The translations under genes and the position numbers were made by a program. A model generated the notes under the pieces. The model was not told the origin of the DNA, did no database searches, and saw nothing but the letters and a program-made list of their open reading frames with translations. A DNA stretch of 64,000 nt from Enterococcus florum (GTDB lineage Bacteria > Bacillota > Bacilli > Lactobacillales > Enterococcaceae). The stretch spans positions 1 through 64,000 of the forward strand of contig NZ_BJCC01000038.1 of the NCBI RefSeq assembly GCF_004309355.1, given 5' to 3'. This document shows positions 30,649 through 41,224 of the stretch, in pieces (the stretch's first letter is position 1; every line of letters starts with the position of its first letter).

Positions 30649-33045
30649 ATGGAATTGGCACAAGTGATCGTAGATGTTCCAGCGATGCAGACGGACCAAC
30701 CGTTTACCTACCTCATTCCATCGCAAATGGCTGTGGAGCCCGGCATGCGGGTTGAGGTCAGTTTTGGTTCGCGGCATGTTCAGGGCTTTGTGGTAGCGAC
30801 CGAGACCAGCAAGGAAGCGCCGGCAGAAAACTTAAAGCCGATCATTCGAATGCTGGATATCGCACCTGTATTGAATCAGGAATTATTGGTTTTGGCAGAC
30901 TATATGAAGGAAAAAACCTTTGCCTTCAAGATTACTTGTCTGCAGACCATGCTGCCTAGTGTCATGAAGGCTGACTATCAAAAACGGTTTTATGCAGTGG
31001 AGGAAGGCCAGGTTCCTGAACTATTTAAAGGTCAGCCTTCGATCACCTGGGAAGAAGTGGAAGCACAAGGGCAGTTGAAAGAGATGGCCAAGCTGCGTGA
31101 AGCCGGTATCGTTGAATTACGCTATGAAGTGTACACCAAAAACAAAATCAAGACCGAACGATATATCAAGCGGCTTTTTCCAGTTGAACAATTGGAGGCG
31201 TTAAAGGCGGAGGTACGCAAAGGCTCCTACAAGCAGCTGCAGTTGTTGGATTTTTTAGCGGAGCTGGCTGAGGATCAGCTGCTTTCCGTCAAACAAATGA
31301 AAGCAGAAGATTTTTCTCTGGCGAACTTGAACCAGGCGAGAGACAAGGGGTGGCTGGCTTTTGAAGCCGTCGAGCAGTACCGCGATCCTTTTTTGGAAAA
31401 AGAAGTTGCGCAAACCCAAGCGTTTTTGCTGAACCCACAGCAGCAGGCAGCCTATGAAGCGATCCACGAAAAAATCGTCGAACAGCAGCATGACGTGTTT
31501 CTGCTTGAAGGGGTCACCGGCAGCGGAAAAACCGAAGTCTATTTGCAAACCATTGCGGATGTATTGGCGCAAGGACAGACCGCGATGATGCTGGTACCGG
31601 AAATCTCGTTGACTCCGCAAATGGCGACTCGATTCAAGTCCCGATTCGGTGATGAAGTGGCCGTGCTGCACAGCGGACTGTCACAAGGCGAAAAATATGA
31701 CGAATGGCGCAAACTAGAGCGTGGAGAAGCTCGCGTCGTCGTAGGCGCGCGTTCCGCAGTGTTTGCCCCTTTGAAGCAGGTGGGGATCATCATCGTGGAT
31801 GAAGAACATGAGACCACCTACAAGCAAGAAGAAACACCGCGCTACCATGCACGTGATCTAGCGATCTGGCGGGGTGCCTACCATCACTGTCCGGTCGTAT
31901 TGGGAAGCGCAACACCGTCATTGGAATCCCGTGCACGGGCACAAAAAAGCGTCTATCAGTTATTGACGATCTCTGAGCGGGCCAACCAGCAGTCACAACT
32001 GCCGGCAGTCGAGATCATCGACATGCGAGAGGAAATGCAGCGGCGCCTGACCTCTTCTTTTTCAGAGAAATTAGAAGCAAAGCTTCGGGATCGCTTAGCC
32101 AAAGGCGAACAAAGCGTTCTGTTATTGAACCGCCGCGGCTATTCTTCATTCGTGATGTGCCGAGACTGCGGGTATGTGCTGCCTTGTCCAAACTGCGACA
32201 TTTCGTTGACCTTGCATATGGACACTAAAACGATGCGCTGCCATTACTGTGGGCACGAAGAAAATATTCCACATCGCTGCCCGAATTGCGGCAAAGACAA
32301 GATTCGTTACTACGGGACAGGAACGGAAAAGGTCCTGGAGGAATTAGAAGAACTGATCCCTGAGGCTCGTGTGTTGCGGATGGACGTCGATACCACGAGA
32401 CGCAAAGGGGCGCATGAAAAAATCCTGGATGCGTTCGGCAATCGGGAAGCCGATATATTGTTGGGAACCCAGATGATCGCCAAAGGGCTGGATTTTCCAA
32501 ATGTCACACTAGTAGGTGTACTGAATGCAGACACTGCGTTGAATCTGCCAGATTTTCGCTCCAGTGAGCGGACCTTTCAGCTGCTAACCCAAGTCAGCGG
32601 CCGAGCCGGCCGAGGAGAGAAGCCTGGCGAAGTGCTGATCCAAACCTTTAATCCCGAACATTACGCCATCCAACTAGCGCAGCATCATGATTATGAAGGT
32701 TTTTATCGGATGGAGATGGGGATTCGGCATCAGACAGATTATCCGCCTTATTATTACACGGTGAAAGTCACGGTGTCTCATCAAGAGGAATTACGAGCGG
32801 CTCAAAAGGCCTATCAGTTGGCTGAGCAGCTGAAACGAGAATTAAGTCCGAAAAGTATTCTGTTGGGACCAACAACCGGTGCTATTTTAAGAATTAAAAA
32901 TCGCTACTATTACCAAATGGTGATCAAATATAAACAAGAACCGCAGTTGCATGCTGCTTTGGAGCGAATCCTGCAGGAGAGTCAAAAGGATCAGCGTCAA
33001 GGCCTGTTGATTGCGATCGACAACGAACCGATGTATTTTATTTAA
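30649..33045 (+). CDS. priA: Primosomal protein N' (PriA helicase)
   Basis: Walker A GVTGSGKTEV, DEEH box, and a Cys-rich zinc region. Confidence 0.95.
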   Translation: MELAQVIVDVPAMQTDQPFTYLIPSQMAVEPGMRVEVSFGSRHVQGFVVATETSKEAPAENLKPIIRMLDIAPVLNQELLVLADYMKEKTFAFKITCLQTMLPSVMKADYQKRFYAVEEGQVPELFKGQPSITWEEVEAQGQLKEMAKLREAGIVELRYEVYTKNKIKTERYIKRLFPVEQLEALKAEVRKGSYKQLQLLDFLAELAEDQLLSVKQMKAEDFSLANLNQARDKGWLAFEAVEQYRDPFLEKEVAQTQAFLLNPQQQAAYEAIHEKIVEQQHDVFLLEGVTGSGKTEVYLQTIADVLAQGQTAMMLVPEISLTPQMATRFKSRFGDEVAVLHSGLSQGEKYDEWRKLERGEARVVVGARSAVFAPLKQVGIIIVDEEHETTYKQEETPRYHARDLAIWRGAYHHCPVVLGSATPSLESRARAQKSVYQLLTISERANQQSQLPAVEIIDMREEMQRRLTSSFSEKLEAKLRDRLAKGEQSVLLLNRRGYSSFVMCRDCGYVLPCPNCDISLTLHMDTKTMRCHYCGHEENIPHRCPNCGKDKIRYYGTGTEKVLEELEELIPEARVLRMDVDTTRRKGAHEKILDAFGNREADILLGTQMIAKGLDFPNVTLVGVLNADTALNLPDFRSSERTFQLLTQVSGRAGRGEKPGEVLIQTFNPEHYAIQLAQHHDYEGFYRMEMGIRHQTDYPPYYYTVKVTVSHQEELRAAQKAYQLAEQLKRELSPKSILLGPTTGAILRIKNRYYYQMVIKYKQEPQLHAALERILQESQKDQRQGLLIAIDNEPMYFI

Positions 33046-33093
33046 GTTAGGACAAGGATTTGCGGCGACCGCGAATGCTTAGTAGGAGGAACT

Positions 33094-33585
33094 ATGCGCT
33101 ATCCAATTTTGATTCATCCAGCGAAGGAACTGAAACGAATCGCCCGACCAGTGGATTTTATCAGCGATGAGCTGGTGAAGCTGTTAGAGGATATGTATGA
33201 GACGATGATCGCCCATGATGGGATCGGTTTGGCTGCTCCGCAGATCGGCAAAAATCTTCAGATCGCCATCGTCGAAGTGGAAGAAGGCGACCGCTTCGAA
33301 CTGATCAATCCAGTGATCGTAGAGCAGAAAGGATCAAGTATCGATGTCGAAGGCTGTTTGTCGATTCCAGAGACCTATGGAACGGTGGAACGAGCAGATG
33401 AGATTGTGGTCCGTTATTTCGATCGTGAAGGCGAGGAGATGGAAGTGACGGCTTACGGCTATTTGGCCCGCGCCATTCAACATGAGATCGACCATCTTCA
33501 TGGCAAGTTGTTCATCGATCAAGTGATCAAATACATTGCCCCAGAGGATTTAGAAACGTATATGGAGGAACACATCAATGACTAA
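33094..33585 (+). CDS. def: Peptide deformylase
   Basis: GIGLAAPQIG, EGCLS and HEIDHLHG motifs. Confidence 0.95.
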   Translation: MRYPILIHPAKELKRIARPVDFISDELVKLLEDMYETMIAHDGIGLAAPQIGKNLQIAIVEVEEGDRFELINPVIVEQKGSSIDVEGCLSIPETYGTVERADEIVVRYFDREGEEMEVTAYGYLARAIQHEIDHLHGKLFIDQVIKYIAPEDLETYMEEHIND

Positions 33586-34525
33586 ACTCGTATTTATGGG
33601 AACCCCAGCCTTTTCAGTGCCTATTTTGGAAGGTTTGCTGGCTGAGGGCTATGAAGTTGCAGCAGTTGTAACGCAACCAGATCGACCTGTTGGAAGGAAA
33701 CAGATTGTTACACCGACGCCAGTCAAAAAAGCTGCCGTCGAACACGATCTGCTGGTTTTGCAGCCGGAAAAAATCAGCGGCTCTCCTGAGCTGGAAACGA
33801 TCGCCGAATTACAGCCAGAGTTGATCATCACCGCCGCCTTCGGTCAATTTTTACCCGAAAAATTGCTGCAGGTCCCGCGTTTGGGGGCGATCAATGTTCA
33901 TGCGTCTTTGCTGCCAAAATACCGTGGAGGAGCTCCTGTACACTATTCGATCATCAACGGCGACCCTGAGACGGGTGTGACCATCATGGAAATGATCAAA
34001 AAGATGGACGCTGGCGGAATCTTCAGCCAACGCAGCATTCCGATCACCCCTCAGGATAATGTAGGTACGATGTTTGAGAAATTGAGTGTTGTCGGCAAAG
34101 AATTACTGCTGGAAACTCTGCCAAAAATCATTGCCGGTGAGCTGACTCCTACTCCGCAGAACGAGGACGAAGTCACCTTTTCGCCTAATATCACACGCGA
34201 GCAAGAGGCTATTGACTGGCAGAAGACAGCGCAAGAAGTAGATCATCAGGTGCGGGGAATGTTTCCTTGGCCAATCGCCTATACGACCTATGAAGGGGCT
34301 CGCTGGAAACTGCTTCACACGACACCGACGGAGGAAACCACTTCTGCCGAACCAGGGACAATCGTCTTACGAACGAAAAAGGCATTGCATGTCGCCTGCG
34401 GAAAAGGGACTGTTTTAGCGATCGATGAATTGCAGCCAGCGGGCAAAGGCCAGCAAACCATCCAAGCCTTTCTAAACGGCAGCGGTCAGCAAGTAGCTGA
34501 AGGACAGCAGGTGGGCTATGAGTAA
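33578..34525 (+). CDS. fmt: Methionyl-tRNA formyltransferase
   Basis: Formyltransferase fold. Overlaps def by 8 bp. Confidence 0.95.
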   Translation: MTKLVFMGTPAFSVPILEGLLAEGYEVAAVVTQPDRPVGRKQIVTPTPVKKAAVEHDLLVLQPEKISGSPELETIAELQPELIITAAFGQFLPEKLLQVPRLGAINVHASLLPKYRGGAPVHYSIINGDPETGVTIMEMIKKMDAGGIFSQRSIPITPQDNVGTMFEKLSVVGKELLLETLPKIIAGELTPTPQNEDEVTFSPNITREQEAIDWQKTAQEVDHQVRGMFPWPIAYTTYEGARWKLLHTTPTEETTSAEPGTIVLRTKKALHVACGKGTVLAIDELQPAGKGQQTIQAFLNGSGQQVAEGQQVGYE

Positions 34526-35879
34526 GAAGGTCCCAGCAAAGCTCCTGCATTCAGTCCGCTACACTGCCTTGCAAGCCATCGAGCGCATCAAACATGGCGG
34601 TGCTTATTCCAACCTCCTATTGAACGAACTATTAAATAAACATCAGGTGCCAGTCAAAGACAGTGGACTTTTGACCGAGCTTGTCTACGGGACGATCAGT
34701 CGTCAGCGTTCACTGGACTTCTATTTACAGCCGTTTATTGAAAAGGCCAAGAAGGTCGATGGCTGGGTCAAAAGCTTACTGGAATTATCAATTTACCAAA
34801 TGACCTATCTCGATCGCGTTCCGGACCATGCGATCATCAACGAAGCAGTAGAGATTGCAAAAGCCAAAGGCAATCCGGGAACTGGGAAATTTGTCAACGG
34901 TGTGCTGCGGACGATCCAAAGAAAAGGACTGCCACGTTTAGACAGCATTCAAGATCCGATCGAGCGTCTGGCGATCGAGATCAGCTTGCCAAGCTTTTTG
35001 ACCAAAAAATTCGTGCAGGAAATGGGCATGGAGGAAACCCGCAAAATGGGGTTGTCGCTGTTAGAGCCCAGTCACGTAAGTGCGCGCGTGGATCTGCGTT
35101 TCATTTCCCGAGAAGAAGCGATTGAGATCTTAAAAACAGAGGGAATCGCTGCACGCAACAGTCAAGTCTCTCCTTATGGCATCGTGGCAGATAAAGGGTT
35201 CTTGGCCGGCAGCAGTCTGTTTCAAAAAGGCTGGCTAACCATCCAAGATGAAAGCTCGATGCTGGTCGCTCAAGCAATGAACATCCAGCCAGGGGATAAA
35301 ATCTTAGACGCTTGTGCAGCGCCAGGAGGGAAAACCACCCACATGGCAGCATTATTAGACGGTCAGGGAGAAGTTACGGCTTTGGATATCCATGAGCATA
35401 AGCTCAAGCTGGTCCGGGAAAATGCGGAACGGCTGCATGTCGAGCAAGTTGTCAAAACCCAAAAGCTGGACGCACGCACGGCAGCCGAAACGTTTGCGCC
35501 GGAGAGCTTCGATCGGATTTTAATCGATGCGCCTTGTTCCGGGTTAGGGTTGATGCGCAGAAAACCTGATATCAAAAATCAAAAAAGGCCGGAAGATTTT
35601 GTTCAATTGCCTCAGATCCAGCTGGCGATTCTAGAAAGTTGTGCTCCAACGTTAAAAAAAGGTGGCACGATGGTCTATAGTACATGTACAATAACACCTG
35701 AGGAAAACCAAGAGGTAGTCACAAAATTTTTAGCAGCCCATGCTGAATTTGAGAAAGTGGATTTGCCTGTCAATGAGGTAGTTGCGCCAGCGATTAAGGA
35801 CCAAATGCTGAGTCTATACCCGCACCTGTTGATGACAGACGGCTTTTTCATTTGTGTACTGCACAAAAAAGACAGATGA
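34518..35879 (+). CDS. rsmB: 16S rRNA (cytosine967-C5)-methyltransferase RsmB/Sun
   Basis: N-terminal NusB-like domain plus a C-terminal SAM methyltransferase (DACAAPGGKT). Confidence 0.93.
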   Translation: MSKKVPAKLLHSVRYTALQAIERIKHGGAYSNLLLNELLNKHQVPVKDSGLLTELVYGTISRQRSLDFYLQPFIEKAKKVDGWVKSLLELSIYQMTYLDRVPDHAIINEAVEIAKAKGNPGTGKFVNGVLRTIQRKGLPRLDSIQDPIERLAIEISLPSFLTKKFVQEMGMEETRKMGLSLLEPSHVSARVDLRFISREEAIEILKTEGIAARNSQVSPYGIVADKGFLAGSSLFQKGWLTIQDESSMLVAQAMNIQPGDKILDACAAPGGKTTHMAALLDGQGEVTALDIHEHKLKLVRENAERLHVEQVVKTQKLDARTAAETFAPESFDRILIDAPCSGLGLMRRKPDIKNQKRPEDFVQLPQIQLAILESCAPTLKKGGTMVYSTCTITPEENQEVVTKFLAAHAEFEKVDLPVNEVVAPAIKDQMLSLYPHLLMTDGFFICVLHKKDR

Positions 35880-35890
35880 GGTGAAACCAG

Positions 35891-36634
35891 ATGGAAATTC
35901 AATTTCAATCAGATATCGGCAAACGCCGTCAAATGAACCAAGATTATGCCAATGTGTTTGTTAATAAGCAGGGCTATTCGTTGGCGATTCTAGCCGATGG
36001 AATGGGTGGTCATTTAGCAGGAGACGTTGCCAGTAAAATGGCGGTGAACGGGTTAGGTGCTGTTTGGGAAGCCTCAGAAATCTCAGATAATGAAAAAGCG
36101 TCGCAATGGATGATCCAGCAGATCCAAACGGAAAATGAAGCCATTTACCAAGAAGGCATCAAAAATCCTGAAATGCACGGTATGGGAACGACCATCGTCA
36201 GTGCCGCTTTGTTGAATGAGACATTCACTTTGGCTCATGTGGGAGACAGCCGGGCTTATTATATCCATGATGGAAAAATGCGTCAGCTGACCGATGACCA
36301 TTCCCTGGTCAACGAGCTAGTAAAGTCTGGAGAAATCACGGAAGAAATGGCCGCGATCCATCCGCAAAAGAATGTCTTGACCCGCTCTGTCGGTGTGTCC
36401 GGCAATGTTGAAGTAGATGTGACGCACCATCCCGTAGAAGCCGACGCTTATTTGCTGTTGTGTTCAGATGGATTGACCAATATGGTCAGCGAAGCAGAGA
36501 TCTTGACGATCGTAGCTGGGGAAGAACCGTTGGATGGAAAAACCGAACGATTGATCTCGCAGGCCAACGAAGCTGGCGGATCGGATAACATTACCGTCCT
36601 GTTGATCCACTTTAAGGAGGTGGATCAGCCATGA
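35891..36634 (+). CDS. PP2C-family Ser/Thr phosphatase (Stp/PrpC/IreP-like)
   Basis: ADGMGGH motif. Overlaps the kinase gene by 4 bp. Confidence 0.93.
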   Translation: MEIQFQSDIGKRRQMNQDYANVFVNKQGYSLAILADGMGGHLAGDVASKMAVNGLGAVWEASEISDNEKASQWMIQQIQTENEAIYQEGIKNPEMHGMGTTIVSAALLNETFTLAHVGDSRAYYIHDGKMRQLTDDHSLVNELVKSGEITEEMAAIHPQKNVLTRSVGVSGNVEVDVTHHPVEADAYLLLCSDGLTNMVSEAEILTIVAGEEPLDGKTERLISQANEAGGSDNITVLLIHFKEVDQP

Positions 36635-38787
36635 TCGAGATCGGAAAATTGATCAATGGCCGATACAAGATCCTTGCCAGTATTGGCAGCGGCGGGATGG
36701 CGAACGTCTTCTTGGCCCACGATTTGATCTTGGATCGAGATGTAGCCATCAAGGTGCTGCGTTTCAACTTCCAAAATGATCAAACGGCGATCCGGCGTTT
36801 TCAGCGAGAGGCCTTAGCGGCAACCGAACTGGTCCATCCAAACATTGTCAGCGTATATGATGTCGATGAAGAAGATGGCATGCAGTATCTGGTCATGGAA
36901 TACGTAAAGGGAATGGATTTGAAACGTTACATTCAAACCCATTACCCGATCCCTTATACAAAAATCGTGGATGTGATGCAACAGGTCTTGTCAGCAGTCA
37001 GCTTAGCTCATGCCCATGGCATCATTCACCGCGACTTGAAGCCGCAGAATATTTTGATCAACCAAGAAGGTATTGTGAAGATCGCTGATTTTGGGATTGC
37101 GATTGCGCTGTCTGAAACCTCTTTGACTCAAACCAATTCCTTGCTGGGGTCTGTCCATTACCTGTCTCCGGAGCAAGCTCGAGGAAGTATGGCAACGAAG
37201 CAATCGGATATTTACGCATTAGGGATCATCCTTTATGAGCTGTTGACCGGCAATGTTCCTTTTGATGGCGAGTCCGCAGTTACGATTGCTCTGAAGCATT
37301 TTCAAGATACGATCCCGTCGGTCAAAACGTTTGATGAAAAAGCACCGCAGTCATTGGAAAATATCGTGATGCATGCCACGGCCAAGGATCCGGCAGATCG
37401 CTACAAGACAGCAGAGGAAATGAACGATGATTTGGCCACTGCTTTGTCATCGGAGCGTCTGCATGAAATGCCTTGGCATCCGACGGCAATGAATGATGAG
37501 ACGCGGGTGTTGACACCACTACCAGAGGAATTGACCGAGGAGGAGCCGACCAACGAGATTCCAAAAATGGTCGAGAAGCCGCCTGCTCCGTCGAAAAAGA
37601 AACCTAAGAAAAAATGGCCTTGGATCGTAGGGATTTTAGCAGTGCTCCTACTGGGCGGGGCAGCTTTCTACATGTTTGCCAGCGCCAATGAACAAGTGGC
37701 GATCCCTGATGTCGAAGGAATGACCGAAGCCGCTGCTCGGGAAACTTTGGAGGATGCGCGAATCAAAGTTGCGGATGAGACTGAGAAAATCCCTAGTGCG
37801 ACTGTCAAAAAAGATTACGCGGTAAAAACAGATCCGGAATCAGGCAATACGATTCGCCGCAGCCAGACTGTCAAGCTGTTTATCAGTACCGGAGCGGAAT
37901 CCGTGCCGTTGGAGGACTATCGTAAACAACAATACAAGGATGCTGTCGCTCAACTAGAGAAGTTAGGCTTTAAGGCCAGTCAGATCAAACAAAATAAAGT
38001 CAACGATCCAGAAGTTCCTCGCGGAGAGATTATGGAGCAAAGTGTAGAGCCAGGTACAGAGGTCAACCCAGCTGAGGACGAAATAACCTTTACAGTGTCG
38101 GATGGTCCGGAAACCTTTGAGTTGGGCGATTATACTGGTATGACTTATGAGCAGGCCGTTGCGGAGATGGTTGCTCTAGGTATTCCAGAATCCAAAATCA
38201 TTCGGGCGAATGAGGACAGTGAAACGGTGCCGGATAATCAAGTCATCAGCCAAAAACCAGTCGTTGGAACCTCGGTCACTGCGAAGGACACGATCACATT
38301 GAACGTCAGCTCTGGTTCGAAGTATGCGACGGTTCCAGATGTAACCAATCAAAGTGAAAGTGACGCGAGAGCAGCAATTGAGAATGCTGGGCTGAAGGTC
38401 TCGATTAAACGAGAGGAGTCTGATTCTGTTGCCTCCGGACAAGTGATTCGTACGGAGCCTGTTGCCGGAAGTTCGGCAGAAAAGGGGAGTGTAGTATCCC
38501 TGTATGTTTCAAGCGGAACAGACGAACAAACCTTTGATGTGACAGTCTCTGCTGACTACAAGCGTACAGATGGTCAGCCGGAAACGATTACGGTTCTTGT
38601 GAAAGATGAAAAAAACAGCAGTGCAACGACCTTGGCGACGTTCACTTTAGATGAGAATACGCGTAGCAGCAGCCAAGCCGTAACGGTCACTACAAAACAG
38701 GGAGGAACGGCAACCGTCACTGTTCGTCGGAACGGAGAAAATGTTGTGACTCGCACGGTCAGCAGTGCGACTACGATTGAAGCCTGA
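36631..38787 (+). CDS. Ser/Thr protein kinase with a TM segment and repeated PASTA domains (PknB/StkP/IreK-like)
   Basis: [13 protein letters not shown] and SPEQ motifs, a TM helix, then extracellular PASTA repeats. Confidence 0.95.
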   Translation: MIEIGKLINGRYKILASIGSGGMANVFLAHDLILDRDVAIKVLRFNFQNDQTAIRRFQREALAATELVHPNIVSVYDVDEEDGMQYLVMEYVKGMDLKRYIQTHYPIPYTKIVDVMQQVLSAVSLAHAHGIIHRDLKPQNILINQEGIVKIADFGIAIALSETSLTQTNSLLGSVHYLSPEQARGSMATKQSDIYALGIILYELLTGNVPFDGESAVTIALKHFQDTIPSVKTFDEKAPQSLENIVMHATAKDPADRYKTAEEMNDDLATALSSERLHEMPWHPTAMNDETRVLTPLPEELTEEEPTNEIPKMVEKPPAPSKKKPKKKWPWIVGILAVLLLGGAAFYMFASANEQVAIPDVEGMTEAAARETLEDARIKVADETEKIPSATVKKDYAVKTDPESGNTIRRSQTVKLFISTGAESVPLEDYRKQQYKDAVAQLEKLGFKASQIKQNKVNDPEVPRGEIMEQSVEPGTEVNPAEDEITFTVSDGPETFELGDYTGMTYEQAVAEMVALGIPESKIIRANEDSETVPDNQVISQKPVVGTSVTAKDTITLNVSSGSKYATVPDVTNQSESDARAAIENAGLKVSIKREESDSVASGQVIRTEPVAGSSAEKGSVVSLYVSSGTDEQTFDVTVSADYKRTDGQPETITVLVKDEKNSSATTLATFTLDENTRSSSQAVTVTTKQGGTATVTVRRNGENVVTRTVSSATTIEA

Positions 38788-38794
38788 TCACTCT

Positions 38795-38832
38795 CAAAGA
38801 AATCTTCCCCAATCGGGAAGATTTCTTTTTTA
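38795..38832 (+). terminator. Rho-independent terminator
   Basis: aaagaaatcttccc-caatc-gggaagatttcttttttt. Confidence 0.75.
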
Positions 38833-38839
38833 GGTTATT

Positions 38840-38874
38840 TTTACTAATATTTCCAAATGGAGTATGGTACAATG
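38840..38874 (+). promoter_or_regulatory. Extended -10 promoter (TGgTACAAT) for rsgA-rpe-thiN
   Basis: TGNTACAAT at 38865-38873. Confidence 0.4.
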
Positions 38875-38951
38875 AAGCCAAGAAAAAAAGCGGAAGGGAG
38901 GAACCCGATATCGAAGGACAAATTCGCAAAGCGTTAAGTGGGTTTTATTAC

Positions 38952-39785
38952 GTGTATTCAAAAGGAGAAACCCATCAGACCAGAGCCAGAGGGAATTTCC
39001 GCAAAAGAGGGCTGACGCCGCTAGTCGGGGATGAAGTGGTGTTCAGCAGTGAGGAAAATAGTGAAGGGTACATCCTAGAGCTGCTTCCACGAAAAAATGA
39101 GCTTGTCCGTCCACCAGTAGCCAACATTGATTTAGGGGTAGTGGTCACCAGTCTGGTCGAACCAAAGTTTTCTTATAATTTATTGGACCGCTTTTTAGTT
39201 ACCTTGGAAAATAAGCGGATCGAACCAGTCATCTATATTTCCAAAACAGACTTAGTGGATCATGAAGAGCTGGTCAAGGAGATCAAAGCGGTTTACGAGC
39301 CTCTAGGTTATCCGGTAATCGGCGGTGTGAAGGAAAAACAACGACTGACTGCCTTGTTTGCTGGGAAATTGACGGTATTTATGGGTCAGTCAGGAGCAGG
39401 GAAATCGACCTTGCTGAATGAGCTGGCACCAGAACTGAATCTGGAAACAGGAGAAATCTCTGAAGCCTTGGGCCGCGGCCGCCATACTACACGCCATGTG
39501 GAACTGCTTGAATTGTTCGCTGGTCTGGTGGCGGATACACCGGGGTTCAGCTCTATCGAATTTTTGGAAGAGACGGCAGAAGAGCTGCCAAAAGAATTTC
39601 CTGAGTTTCGAGCGGCCGCCCCCTATTGCCGTTTTCGCGAATGCCGGCATGTGAAAGAACCAGGCTGCGAGGTCAAGCATCAGGTCGAGGCGGGCGAGAT
39701 CGCTCAAACGCGTTACGACAATTATTTACAGTTTTTACAGGAGATCGAAAATCGACGCCCTGTTTATAAAAAGAAAAAGGAGTAG
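38952..39785 (+). CDS. rsgA: Ribosome small-subunit-dependent GTPase A (RsgA/YloQ/CpgA)
   Basis: G-domain GQSGAGKSTL and a zinc-finger CRFRECRH. The conserved N-terminus EGQIRKALSGFYYV lies in frame upstream of GTG 38952, so the true start is probably near 38910 (see findings). Confidence 0.9.
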   Translation: MYSKGETHQTRARGNFRKRGLTPLVGDEVVFSSEENSEGYILELLPRKNELVRPPVANIDLGVVVTSLVEPKFSYNLLDRFLVTLENKRIEPVIYISKTDLVDHEELVKEIKAVYEPLGYPVIGGVKEKQRLTALFAGKLTVFMGQSGAGKSTLLNELAPELNLETGEISEALGRGRHTTRHVELLELFAGLVADTPGFSSIEFLEETAEELPKEFPEFRAAAPYCRFRECRHVKEPGCEVKHQVEAGEIAQTRYDNYLQFLQEIENRRPVYKKKKE

Positions 39786-39790
39786 TGAAA

Positions 39791-40441
39791 ATGAAGATTG
39801 CCCCATCAATTTTAAGTGCAGATTTTGCACGTCTAGGCGAAGAAGTAAAAATGGTTGAGAATGCAGGTGTGGATTACATCCACGTGGATGTTATGGACGG
39901 AAATTTTGTACCGAACATCACGTTTGGCCCAAGCGTAGTGGCTTCCTTGCGTCCGATCACTAAATTGCCGCTGGATGTTCATTTAATGATCGCAGACCCA
40001 GAAAAATACATTGAAGATTTTGCCAAGGCCGGCTCCGATATCATCATGGCCCATGTGGAAGCAACGCCGCATATCCATCGAGCAGTGCAAATGATCAATC
40101 AGGCGGGTGTCAAATCAGGAGTCGTGCTGAATCCAGGCACACCAGTCGAATCAGTCAACTATGTGTTATCTGAGATCGACCAAATTTTAGTGATGACGGT
40201 CAATCCCGGATTTGGCGGGCAATCGTTTATTGAAGAGACCGTGAAGAAAATCGAAGAATTGGATCGCTTGCGCAAGGAAAATGGCTACCGCTATGAGATC
40301 GAGGTAGACGGCGGAATCGTTCCAGAGACAGCAGAAAAATGCCGCAAAGCAGGAGCAGATGTTTTTGTTGCCGGGTCTTATATTTACGGTGCAGAAAAAC
40401 CTGAAGAACGTATCCAAGCGTTGCGAAGTGTGCTGGATTAA
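39791..40441 (+). CDS. rpe: Ribulose-phosphate 3-epimerase
   Basis: MKIAPSILSADF N-terminus. The GTG at 39785 is an alternative start. Confidence 0.93.
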   Translation: MKIAPSILSADFARLGEEVKMVENAGVDYIHVDVMDGNFVPNITFGPSVVASLRPITKLPLDVHLMIADPEKYIEDFAKAGSDIIMAHVEATPHIHRAVQMINQAGVKSGVVLNPGTPVESVNYVLSEIDQILVMTVNPGFGGQSFIEETVKKIEELDRLRKENGYRYEIEVDGGIVPETAEKCRKAGADVFVAGSYIYGAEKPEERIQALRSVLD

Positions 40442-41079
40442 TGCAGATCCTGCTGGTTGCTGGTGGGGATCCGGCTTATTGGCCTTCATTTGATTCTGCA
40501 GACTATGATCGCTTTGTGGGGATCGACCGCGGCAATCTTTTTCTGCTGGAAAGAGGAATCACACCGGATATAGCGGTTGGCGATTTTGATTCGCTGTCTG
40601 AAAAAGAGCGAGTGCTTGTTTTTGAACAGGCGGGCGACGTTTCACGCTCACCAGCTGAAAAGGATGATACCGATACACAATTGGCGCTGGAAAAGACTTT
40701 TCGACATTATCCAGACGGGCGAATCACGATCATTGGAGCTACCGGCGGGCGTTTGGACCATTTGCTGGCCAATATTTGGCTGCCGCTGGAGCCGCGCTTT
40801 TATTCTCGGATGAAACAGATCGTATTGAAGGACAACACTAATACGGTCAGCTACTTGTCGAAGGGTGTGCATCAGGTAAAAAAAGAAAAGGGCATGACTT
40901 ATTTGGGTTATTGCTGCCTGACGCCTGTTTCTGGCTTGACGCTCAAGCAGGTCAAATATCCGTTGGAAAATGTCGAGATCCGTTACCCGACAAGCTTGGC
41001 AAGCAATGAATTTTTGACCGAGCAGGCGGAGATATCGTTTACAAATGGCGTTATTGCTGTGATTCAAAGCAAAGACTGA
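40441..41079 (+). CDS. thiN: Thiamine pyrophosphokinase
   Basis: TPK family. Its start overlaps the rpe stop. The rsgA-rpe-thiN order is conserved in Firmicutes. Confidence 0.88.
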   Translation: MQILLVAGGDPAYWPSFDSADYDRFVGIDRGNLFLLERGITPDIAVGDFDSLSEKERVLVFEQAGDVSRSPAEKDDTDTQLALEKTFRHYPDGRITIIGATGGRLDHLLANIWLPLEPRFYSRMKQIVLKDNTNTVSYLSKGVHQVKKEKGMTYLGYCCLTPVSGLTLKQVKYPLENVEIRYPTSLASNEFLTEQAEISFTNGVIAVIQSKD

Positions 41080-41089
41080 AATGAATGAA

Positions 41090-41127
41090 GAGAGCCCTTT
41101 TTCTTAGAAAAGGCTCTTCTTTTTTTC
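41090..41127 (+). terminator. Rho-independent terminator
   Basis: agagccctttt...aaaaggctct followed by ttcttttttt. Confidence 0.75.
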
Positions 41128-41224
41128 AGTTGCTAAAATTGTCTAAAGTCGCACCAGCTCGCTTCTTTTAAGGTGCGCTTAGTGGTAAAATTTATAGTAT
41201 CTTACTATGTCCCGAGGTGCTTTT

